This document shows positions 1-11,800 of a stretch of DNA of 46,933 nucleotides, one piece after another. The notes below the pieces were generated by a model. That model saw only the letters and a list, made by a program, of their open reading frames with translations, was not told the origin of the DNA and searched no databases. Every line of letters starts with the position of its first letter. The first letter of the stretch is position 1. Both the position numbers and the translations under genes were made by a program. Source of the stretch: Klebsormidium nitens (lineage: Eukaryota; Plantae; Klebsormidiophyceae); the NCBI GenBank assembly GCA_000708835.1, contig DF237587.1:3301-50233 (forward strand), in the 5' to 3' direction.

Positions 1-1904
1 CTTCGGTGCTCGGCCGGCCATAAGCTTAGTCTCGAAAGCTTATCGGACGGTTCCCTCGCACGCGGTGCACGTGGGTCTTATCGGACGGTCACGCAGTGAA
101 GCAGTAACCTGGACACGTGGCGTGTAGTGATTCAATAAGTCGATAGCGTATAATAACGGACGATGCGCGGCCCCGAGTTCAGCGCGCAGCCGGGAGTCGG
201 TGCGCAGTCGTGCCGTTACAATACATTTCTGCAAACTAGCCTTGTTCTGCAAGTCAAACTGCTTTGGGAGTTAGGTACTACCTAGTAGGATCGGCCTTAC
301 AGCAGCAGACTGTTCTTCAAACACATCTGGCATTGGGTAGACAACAGGCTTCAGCTGGCACCAATTGAGGAGTACTTTGAGGTGAGCTGCCGCTCTGCCG
401 GGACCTCAAAGCAAATCAATTGGCCCCTACAAGCTCGTGTTGAGGCATCAGAAGGCGCTTGTCGGTGCCAACATCAATCAGAAGCAGCTTATCCGCCTTT
501 CAAAAACGTCACAATGTTAGAGTACTGATCAGTCCACATGCGCATGCTTCAAGTACCAATCCCATGCAAATGCGATACCAGTCTCGTACATTTGCACTGG
601 TCGAAGATGAGCTGGATGAGCAACAGAGCAACAAACATCAGACGTGCATTGAAGGCGCACACTCTTGGTCTGTTTCGTGCGCACAATGTGTACATCAAAC
701 GCATGGTCAGGGCATCCTGCACCATGCAGTCTGTGTGTGGTGCACGATCGTGTACATGTCGTGTATCAATCAGCAAATCCCCAATACACTGTGGCCTCGT
801 GTACCATAGTGTACAAGATTGATACCGGAATGTACCCGAATGACACCAGAATGTACCTTGGCAAGTTTTGAGATGTTGATTGGGCCGCGTGTCACTAATA
901 TAGAGGGGTCACGATCGCTTCAAATTGAATTTGATGCAACGTCATTTAGTCGTCACTCTTGAATATGGTTTCATCGAACGGCCAGAGTGAATTGCATGAA
1001 TATATTGGACGGTCATCGAGGCTTTTTAGCACATATGAGGTATGATCGTATAATCTTGAATATATGAACACACTAAAAACAAATTCATATTCTATCTCGA
1101 TCACTTTTTTTCTCTTTCTCCCCGTTTATCTCTTTTCCCTCCTTTATCCTTTGGCTGTGAGTGGGACCCACCTGTGATGTTGAAGCACTATCATGAACTG
1201 TACACATGAAGAATGGAAGAACATGGTGCATCAACAGTGAAACCGGCCCTAATTAAGTTTACGGTTTTAAACTAGCTTATAAGTTTCCACCATGCATTGT
1301 GGAAGCCTGTGCGATGCAAGCCTGGTTCCCGCATGAAATCAAGGTCGAGATAACCTGCCACATGCACATGCCTTTGGACCGACGGTGCTCAAAGGTCAGG
1401 CAGGTTGGCTCGACCTTGCATGACGTTTTGAACTCTCGGGACGAGTTACCCTTCCGCTAAGCGTTTCAGGTCTTTATAGGGGCTTGACGTCGTATATCTC
1501 ATATGGCTCAATGTGCCAATCACAGTCCTTGACATTCAATCTCACTTGGAAAGTTGACTAGATTTTATGCCGAATCCGGCCAATCACACAATCAGGCAGT
1601 AGGCCAGTAATCAGGTATGAATCCAGGCTTCCTAAATCAAGGCTTTTTAACGGCACGAACTTGTCGAACCCATGCAAGCTGAGTTGATTATGCCGGTGAA
1701 GTTCGTAAATTCACTGGTCTCATGCGCCTGCCTTGAACAATCAAACAAGTGAAGTCGATTGCGGAAGTCAAATCGTCGCCTCTGAGATGAGTGTGTCATT
1801 TTGCAAAGATGCGCTGATTACCGGGCCGATCAATTGGCGCACAATCTAGGGCTCTGCTTAATTGGTGCTCTGCAGCCACAAATACTGCATTGGAACGACC
1901 CTCA

Positions 1905-4900
1905 CTACCGCTTCACCCACTGGAAACTCTTTCTGGCCTTCGCCTTCCCTGGTTTCTTCCGCTCCACTACTCTGGGATCCCGAGTCAGCAGTCCCGCTGC
2001 AGAGCAGACAAAGAAATATCCTGATGAGCGAACGCAAGTGGGGGCATCCTTTTGAAAACCAAGCCTCAAGTTTTACCATGACTCGTATCAAGCTACCAAT
2101 CTTTGCGCCAATTTGAGCCATCAGGAGGGAACTGAAGCTCTGATGCTGCATAAAAGGGGCGAATGCACGGTAAACCAAGTTGACGGCGGGCGTCGCGATC
2201 GACACGTGGTCCATTGGTACCAACCTCAAAAGCGCGCAAGTAAACGTACACAAAATTGTTGCGTGTGACGTTTATGAATACACGCAAAGATGGCCGCTGT
2301 CGCATTCATAACTGCGGGAGAGAGCTCTTCTTCTACTGGAATGGACAAAAGGTTGGTTCCTTAAAAAGATGCCAACCCGAAGCGACCGGAAAACCAGCTC
2401 GTTTGTTGTTGATTGCGTATGCTTTAAGGTGGTACCTTTAACAGCTCACAATGACGGCAGCCTTTCCAGAACCTGGCCGCTTGACAAAACTCTCAAAGTT
2501 CATCACTCAGAGACTATAAGCCGTTCGATCACCCCGTTTGATCATGTGGCAGCTCAGTATTCTAGAAACTAGCGCTGCTTAATGCAGCCGACGTCAGCCG
2601 AATTGCGCCGTAAAAGATTTGCGGCTCACCGGACCGCAGCGCCGGTCGCATTTCCGGGTCGAACAGCTGCAGCGCTTTGCTGATGCCGTGCCTGATGGCC
2701 TGCGATTGCCCTGCACAAGGAGATCAGGCTGCATTAAATCTGAGGCCAATTAGTACGGATCAGACGAGCTTTCGTTTGAGTTCTGAGAGCGTTCAGTCGA
2801 GCTTGTTTTTTCGGTCTTACAACGCTGCAAACGGCACCAGTCGACAAGATCTGCCGTCGAAACGATATAGTCGGCTCTCGAAGTCGTCCGACGACCAGAC
2901 TTTAAGCAGTGATATGCGTGAGAGGTCTGTAATGGCCAGTCTGTGCGAAGAATCCGTACAAATGCACCTCTCACGCTTCCTATCCAGATGTCATTCTCCT
3001 AATGCACAAATACAGCAGCAGTCTCAAACTTTGATACACTAGCAGTGTCCTGGATCAAGACTCTCAATTGACCCATCAGAAAGTCTTCCTGTTAAGGGCT
3101 CTGCTACTGCACCAATTCGCCATAAAGCTCTCACACAATGGCAGGTTCCGAGGATACGTCTTGGAAGTCCGCGTTCTTTCCAGCCACTTATGCTCACATC
3201 CAATCAATATATTCACATGACGCTGAATAGCTGACAATTTGTAACATCCAACTGTTCTCAACATCACGTTCTCACCTGACAGCCCCCCTCCGTTGACTCG
3301 GCACATGATATCAAACTGCCCCAGGGTAGACGTCTCAAAGAACGGCTGGAGCACGCTGAGGCGGTAATCCATCTGCGGAAAGTAGTCCACGTGGGGCAGC
3401 CCGTTGATGGTGAAAGTGCCCTGCCCCTCCTTGAGCCACACGCGCGCAATGCTGCACTTCCGCTTGCCGACCGCATGTGATCTGCAGAGGAGAAGAAGAC
3501 GCTCTAGATTGCAAGTAGCATGAGTGTGCATGATTGACGAGGTCCGCTGTTCTTGAGGGACGAATGCTGAAAGCAGCTCCTCCCAGGTCAGGCATTCGGA
3601 GACTTCGGGACTTCTCCTGGGGTCGGTGCGATGCAAGAAAGTAGGGACAGAGAAGTTGATGTCAGCGAGCTCTCCAACACAGATTGCTTCCCATAGAACT
3701 CTCTTTGCTGTGATCGATCTAGTCTACTAAATTTGGTGTCCAAGAAGGCAGTGCATCGAACCGACTGACCGCAGACGACACCAAGAGGAAAAGAAGGTAA
3801 TCTCCCAAATTTGTCAGCGGTCCGTACGCCAAAGGGCGCCAGCTCCATTAGCAGTACTTCGAAAGGAGACACAAAGAATTTTTAATGAGGAAAGTACTCT
3901 CGGGGGCACGGCTGTTCTGCTGGACGTGAAGGGACCTGGACCGTGTGTGATGCGGGGTATGACAATAAGACTGACCACGTCTAAACGAATTAGAAATTTG
4001 AAGTGAGAATAACAAGAACTGCTCTGACCTCCCAAACTCGTCGACTGTTCGCACACGCGACGCCGCCTGCTCTAGTTGCTTCTTCAGTTCCCTCTCCCTC
4101 GCCAGCCGCTTCGTCTCCGCCTTCCTCCACAGCTCAATTGCAATCATTTCCTGGTATGCCGGCAGACCTTCCACGCCCTCAAAATCCATCTTTGTTATCA
4201 TCTCTTCCATCGAGGGCTCCCCGGCCGGCAGTTCGCCGTGCGTTTCGAGCTTTACGTTCGGCATGTCTACCCTTGGGAATTTGTCCTGCGTCGGCCAGAA
4301 CTCCTCCACTTTCAGGGGGCTGTCTGCATCGATGCGCTCGCCATCTTCCCGGTACATGAATCGGCTGACTAGCTTCGGCGTGGGAGAGACCGTTTCCTGG
4401 GTCTTGGCATACCACTCGTCGAACTTTGGATACCACAGCCTGGCGGCTTCGGCGTTCTCCTGACTGAGCTCGTCGTCTGAGTCGGAACTCGAAGAACCGC
4501 TCGACGAACTGCCGTCGTCGTCGTCAGACGAACTACTGGACGAACCTTCCCATTCTGTAAACCCAGCCAGAACTTCCTTTTCACCGGAGGATGCATCGTC
4601 CCCACTCCTTTCTGATGTCTTGGCTGGCGTTCCTCTTAGGTCGCTTCCTGCACAAACAGATAGCGAACAATGACTGACTGACGTAGCCACCAGGATGCAT
4701 GCTGCACCAACAATGAGCCCAGCATGTGACCAAAGGTGAAAAGACATCTTGTCCATCCAGTTTCTTAAAAGCAAGCTGCAGAATCGTGACGCGTCATGAG
4801 CATGATTGACTACACTCAAAAGCCAAGGTTGCGAACTTCCTGAGGCACCTCAGACAGTATTTTTGGTAATGGTGACAGCAATTTGCTGACCTTGATGCCT

Positions 4901-5374
4901 ATCGACAAACCACAAAGGGCAAAAGACATGCAAAGTGCAAAGAGTGTCATTTCGATGCTCGAGGGACGCATCAACTTTGCAGAAGATTAAGCAAGTCTCT
5001 GCAGAATGGCTTTACTTACTCTGCAGATTCAGGTCTGCCAGGATTTGCTGGGTCGTTCTGATCTTTAGCTCTTGTTCCGGATCCTTCCCTGTTGCAAAAC
5101 CCCTTCTGCTACAAAAAGTCCCTCTCAACGATTGGTCCGCTCGTGCAAGGTGGAGATCATCAGAAGGATAAGTGGGACCGCTGATCGATGCGTAGGTGCT
5201 TGCTCCGCCAAATGCACCACCCCCTGAGACAGTCAGTCTATCAAGAGCAGCAGCGGCAATCCGGAGCCCTCTCAGCATCTGCGCATCGCCAGCATTCAAT
5301 CCGTTTGAAAGTGCATTCCCTCTGGAAGCCAGCTGGCGGACAATGCCAGCCAGCGCCCGGTGGAAGGGCCCCAT
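1905..5374 (-). CDS. RPS9: Mitochondrial ribosomal protein S9 (uS9m), 5 exons, 450 aa
   Basis: Exons 5374-5020, 4647-4029, 3481-3276, 2710-2630 and 1996-1905. All introns are GT-AG with consistent phases, totalling 1353 nt. The C-terminal S9 domain reads [20 protein letters not shown]...[19 protein letters not shown]...[29 protein letters not shown]. The Arg/Ala/Ser-rich N-terminus ([19 protein letters not shown]) and long N-terminal extension fit the mitochondrial form. Confidence 0.93.
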
Positions 5375-5809
5375 TGTGGCCTGCAGGTGTTGACTCCTTA
5401 CGATCCGTGCTAGGATCCTACCCCACAGCTTTACAAACACCGCCTTTTGAGGCTTTCGCCTCACCTGGGCCAAGTTCAACTCAATTTCACGTCTCAAATT
5501 TCTAGCTGGAATGTCGCGATCTGACTCGATTCTCCTTGCACTGCATGGCAGGCATGTTTCTCCTGCAAGGGATACAACTAGAGGAATTGCGATGGAGTTT
5601 CCGCACTGACAATACAACTGTAAAGGTTATTATGTGTGGGGGCGATGTTGACATTGTAAAGTACCCCCTCTGATAGTAGCTCTGGATCCGCTTTCTGCGC
5701 TAAGGGGGTCGATGCGAGGGGTCCATCAACTTTCTCCAGAACTCAAACTTGAAGAAGCAAATCTCGCGCCTGCATTCATGATCAGCTGAGCCATTGCGGC
5801 GGCCCTAGC

Positions 5810-8800
5810 ATGATGGCCCTGGTGGTGCAGCAGCAAGCAGCAATCAGCACCCTTGCATCGGTCCCCCGGGCAACAACCTCGAACGCTGCAACAACCACGT
5901 CTCATCCTGCTTTGATTGGTCTCTCTCCTTCCGCTCGCCAATTGACGCCCTTGAGTAGACGAACTCCTTTTGCTGATCTCTTGAGAAGAAGGGGTGTTGG
6001 CAGCGATCTGGTCAGAGGCAGTCGGAAGAAGATGGCCGAAGCAGCTCTGGGACTATTTGGCGCGCCAGCCAAGGGCAAGGTGGGGGAAGATCTTCCCAAG
6101 GGGTACGAGAATGATGATCCATCCAAGCATATGCCGAAGCGCAGAGCAGGGATCTTGCTGCATCCTACGTCACTTCCGGGGCCCAATGGGGTTGGCGAAT
6201 TTGGCGACGAGGCCTTTAAGTTCATCGACTGGTTGAAGACAACAGGGTGCACTGTATGGCAGGTATGACTCGCACTCTCTTTTTGATTATTTAAGGAGCG
6301 CTGGTACTGATTGCAGGAACAGTTGCAGCTCCAGCTCAGGATCAATAGTTTGCCGAAGCCCTTTCAACTTACCCTGCCGCTATGATCGCAACTCTGGCCC
6401 CAAATGTCTGCATGCTTCTAGGAGGTTGAGGTCAGAAGACCGGAGCAAAAAAGCGCGTCGTGAAAGTCTGAATCAAATAAGGTCAGATCTGTGCGCGGGC
6501 AAAAGAACTGCGGAGGGAGAGGGGATGTATCCTTTGGTATTGGGGCTTAGGTGTCTGCTAGTGCTTCTGTGTTGTCAACCACCTTGCTTTATGGCCTGTT
6601 GATATCTGATCAGCCTTGGTCTTGGCAGAAATACCAGTGAAACAGATCTCTTCTTCGAATTGTGAGTCATTATCCCTTAACTTTCAACACACGCTCTGGC
6701 TTACTGCTGTTGAACATGACTCCTTGACCGCTGCGCATCTATGAATTCATCAAGAAGTGCTTACCGCCTGTAATCCTGCGAAGCATGGAGCCTTTTTTGT
6801 CATTGACATAATGGTGGAAGATATCTGACGGGGAATATCTTTCTCAGGTGCTGCCACTTGTGCCACCAGGCCGGAAGTCAGGAGAGGATGGCTCCCCTTA
6901 TGCGGGACAGGTGATTTCTCAGACGTTCTTTTGAGATCATTTTCTGCTGGTTCTGGTGTCTCTCCAGTACAGTGCAGAGAACCAGGACTCTATTCTTTGT
7001 AACCTGTGCTTCTCAAGTATGGTTGAAATCATGGCCCTTGCTTGTCACTGCTGCAACTCTTATCTAGTCTACTGACGTGTCTTCTGTCTGGGGAACGACG
7101 GAGTTTCCTGGTGAGTTACAAGTTATATCTTGCAGGATGCAAATTGCGGAAACACGCTCCTCATCTCCCTGGACAAGCTTGTTGACGAGGGCCTCTTGGA
7201 GAAGTCAGACCTACCAAAACCAATGTGAGCACACACAGTTCTAAAGTCGATTATCATCCTGTCTTACTTCACATTCAAATACCAGAAGTCACCAATGCTC
7301 AAGTCCCCTATGTTGAGAATCCAAACCATCTAGTGAAGTAGGCACGAAAGCTATAGAATCTCTTTTTGCAAGCTGCTTCTGTCTTGTTGCTCTGTTACGT
7401 GGATTACATCTTCCAGCTCTCCTTTGATGAGATGGCGATGAGATGGCTCACTTCTGCAGGCCCGTGAAGCGTATTGACTACTCTGCTCTAGTGAAGCTCA
7501 AGGACCCCATCCTTGCCAAGGTGAACCTCGTTCACATTGCCACCCAGAATCACTTCGTTGGTCTGCTGAGTTACTTTACCAAACCCCAGATATTGCACCT
7601 TTCTCTTGGTGAAACGTACATTTAATGCGAAAGTAAGTGAACGTCGAAATTTGCTTAAAGCTGCTGAAGCGGCGAATCGAGGAGTCGTGGGGCAAAGAGC
7701 TTTCTGTTGATTCCTCCAGGCGGCGAAGAACCTGCTGAGCAAAGGGGGCAAGCTGAAGAAGGAGATGGAGCAGTTCCGCAAGGAGCCTACTATTTCAGGT
7801 GGGATAAACCCTTCGGCCTCTTGGTCACGAGTGAGTCGAAGTACACTATTGAATCATTCTAGTTATCCGAAGTTGGGTCTCGAGCTTCGATTCCTACCTC
7901 CCTACGTGACTCGCCTTTTCTGCAGGGCATTCCTGCACTGGCTACATTGGCTCATCCCCATTCTCGGGTATATTCGGGTTCGGATTCGACTATTAAACGG
8001 CGGACGACCACAATATACCGCTGTGATCGCTTTGCTTGTCCCATGTTCTTGTCCACAAGCTTGTCGCAGAGATTTAGTTTCAGGATGATTTCTCAAACCA
8101 CCCAACTGATTACTCCGTGATTCCCGAGTCTGTCCAGGCTGGCTGGAGGTCGCCGTGCAGTTTTCCGTGATCGAACCGAAGAAAGACTACGTCTCGAGAT
8201 TTGACTCTTGGACTAGTTTCCAATCTTTCTCGAACACCTTTTCCAAAGGATTGCCCGACTCTGTCCAGGCTGGCTGGAGGACGCTGCGCTGTTTTGCTGC
8301 GATACACCAGGCGAGGAAACGTTTTCACTGTCGAACATGTGCAAGATTCGTCTTTCATCGATTGCCCGCCTGTGTCCAGGCTGGCTGGAGGACGCCGCGC
8401 TCTTTGCTGCGATCGACCAGGCGGAGGACAAGGAGTTTTGGTGGGAGTGGTCAGCGCCGCTGAGAGACCGCGATCCCAAGGCGCTCAAGGACGCCAGGAA
8501 GCAGCATGCGCAGTTTGTGAGCGCCCCAATCAGTTGCTTTTGAAAGCGGTTTCGAGACATGTGTTCGCTGGTTTGTCTGTGAGCGCCCCCACCGGAGTTT
8601 TATAGGTCAATGTGAGTTAGCTGTTTCTCGATGTATCTAGCTAGGTTCAGGTTGATCAGCCAACTTCGAGGTTGGGAGTTACTTCCGCTTTTCGTTCTTC
8701 GCCCTTCAACGAGACGTTATGTCGTCAGTGGCGCGTCGATTCCAAAGCAGTCGTTCTCTGGACACTTCTCTTCGTCTTGCTCTGCTTGTTGGGGTGTCCC

Positions 8801-11800
8801 CTCCTTAGAAGACCTCATACCAGCCCGATGCGCACAATGGATCCAAGCAGCAAGTTCAGTATTTAATTCCACTGTCGGCAGCCAATGAGGGTCCACGACA
8901 GGCGGAAAGTGTTGAACCTGCCGCGGCTCTATCATGCCAGCGTCGCACTACTCGACCCGTCATACAAACCTAAAAGTCTCTCAAACAGTCACTTCACGAC
9001 CTGAAGTCACTTTGCGGAATGACGTCATTCTTTCTGGGCTTTTGGGTCGACCGACGCCAAAATCCGTTGTTATATGCCATTCTGCAGATCGACGAGTTTG
9101 TAGCCCAGCAGTTCCTGTTCCAGCGCCAGTGGCTCGCTTTGAAGAAGTACGCGAACGAGGCCGGCATCTCGATCATGGGGGACATGCCCATCTACGTCGG
9201 AGGCCACAGCGCGGACGTCTGGGCCAACAGGAAGTCGTTCGCGCTGGTAAGGGACACGCTGTTCTGCTCGAACGTTCCAGCGTGTACTAACAGAGAAAGA
9301 CGAATCGACACTCAAAATAGTCGGCAGAGACGCTCAGCAGACAAGTTTGGGACTACTTCGCTGTAGTAAGGACCGAGGGGATATTTCACAGAAAAGAGCG
9401 GAAAGAGCAGATATAACTTCGTCAGCATATCCGGTTAAGGTGCATTCCGAGACAAATCAAAAATTAGAACGACAACCATGTCAGAGGGCTGATGGGGCCA
9501 TGCTGCTCTGCAGGACAAGGAGACGGGCAAGCCCGCGGCGGTGAGCGGCGTCCCGCCCGACGCGTTCAGCGCGACGGGGCAACTGTGGGGCAGCCCGCTG
9601 TACAACTGGAAGGCCATGGAGAAGGACAACTACGCGTGGTGGGCGCAGCGCATGAAGCGCGCGTTCAACCTGTACGACGAGTTCCGGATCGACCATTTCC
9701 GGGGGCTGGCCGGCTACTGGGCGATCGACGCGGAGGAGACGACGGCCATGAACGGGACCTGGAAGGTGGGGAAAGTCTTCGCGGCTGTGGATACAGTGGT
9801 TGCAGGAGTCAACGACTGGTGAAGGTTAGGATGTCGTCATGCAATCTGGAAGGTGCTCGGCCACCAAGTATTGAATAAACAAGCCTTTGTTAGGATCAAA
9901 CGCTCTTCGTTGGCGATGATAGAGAGGGCTAATTGCAGAAGATGGATCATCGCACAGCACTCTAGTCGCGAGCCTCGACAATATGTTCTTGGACTATTCG
10001 ATTGCGATTTCCGTCGCCTTTTCCATATAGCGCCATCGGTACGGCACTCCTTCTGGGGCGTCGGGAAATCTCCGCCGTTTCGATGCGTCTCGCTTTGAGG
10101 AGAACTCCGTATTTGTCGTCAATACTGAAACCAAAGCTCTGCAGAGAGGAAAGTCTTGCTGTTTTGTATGTGCAGATGGGCCCCAGGATGAAGTTCTTCG
10201 AGGCGATCAAGAAGGCGGTGGGGAAGATCGACATCGTGGCTGAGGACCTGGTAAGCGTGACCCACTGCTGAATGTCCGGCCAGAGTAGGCTGCCCTTCTT
10301 CTCCAAACCGTTCTAGTGAATGCAAAGGCGCGGCTGACGTCTACTAGCATGCAAGTACGTGATTTTCTGTAGGCTGTAAGGAACAGCGAAGAACTCGTCG
10401 GACGGCAGAGGCGCTGCCTTTGCGGCAAGCGTTCAAAACCCTTATGCTCGAAGTCAAGTAGTTCTGCGGTCGTTTGTGAAGATAGTTTAAGATTGTGCAG
10501 ACAGCCTGACCACCGGTTATATATATGAAAGATTTTGGATCTTAAATAGGTTACCTGCTGTCACGGAATGCCACGTTCCCGAGGTGGACGTTCAGAGGTC
10601 TCACCTTTCCTGGTCAGCTCTTTGACTGCTGTCTTTGGGGCCGACCTGCTGACTGTACGCTTGCTGTTGTTCAGGGTGTTATCACCACCGATGTGGTGCA
10701 ACTACGACAGGCAATTCAGGCGCCGGGCATGTCTGTCCTCCTGTTCGGTGAGCCGGCTCTGGCCCAGTCTGCATATCTGGCCGTCTTGCCACGTTTACAT
10801 CTCTTCTTGTGTGTGCGCTTTTGTTTCCTGCATTTGTTCTGTCTCAAGCGCAAAGATGCAAAGACTTTTCTTGCGTTAGGCTTCATTTGTGTCTAAAAGC
10901 GCATCTCGCAGACGCATCTTTCAGGTCAACTTGCAGTTGCAGCCTGTTTAAAGGAAGCCGGCGTCTTTTCGTCAGTCGTTATCCTTAAACGGGACGTAGC
11001 AGGAAGAAGGCTGAGGAGATGCTAAGTCCCAAGAGGAAGTCTCGGTCGTTCACACAAACCCTTGCTTGCATAACCAGCAGCCGACCAGGTGCATCACCCC
11101 TGCAAAGGCCATGTTAGCCACAGTTGCCACCGTGGCAACAACGGCACACCTTATTTGTATTATTGCCTCTTTACCGGGATGCTGACGTGGCACGTGCCTT
11201 GCTCGCAGCATTCGGCGGCGACTCCCGCAATCCGCACCTGCCCCACAACCACGAGACCAACCAGGTGGTTTACCCGGGAACGCACGACAACGACACAGTG
11301 CTGGGCTGGTGGCAGAAGGCGGGCGAGAAGGAGAAGACCCACGTGAGCAACAACGTGCCGCTGAATTTCTTGACTTAGGGGAGGCTGGTTCTCTGATTCG
11401 CTCTGAGTGTATCCCCCAACTATGGGGTCTGTATTGCAAGGCGCCGGGCAAGGGACTAACGGACGAGACAGCTGCCGAGAGTCGTTGTCAAGACGTGTTT
11501 TTGTTAGCCGCTCGATGCTTCTTTATTATGCAGTCTGACTGTATCCTGCATCTGCTGTTTTTTTCGAAGGTTTGAGGCGGTTTGCACAGAGTCCTCTTGA
11601 GGGCCGATTGTCATGTTACGTCATGACCGGCTTTTGTGCTAATCACCTCCATTTGATGCACACCCCAAGGCGCTTGCTTGCTTGAAGGGCGCTGACCAAC
11701 TCTTAACCCAACCCGCTTAACAACGGTTTTTCGCGGTATTTCCTGGCAGGTCAAGGAGTACTTCGGGCTCCAAAGCGACGACGATATCTCGCACGCCTTC

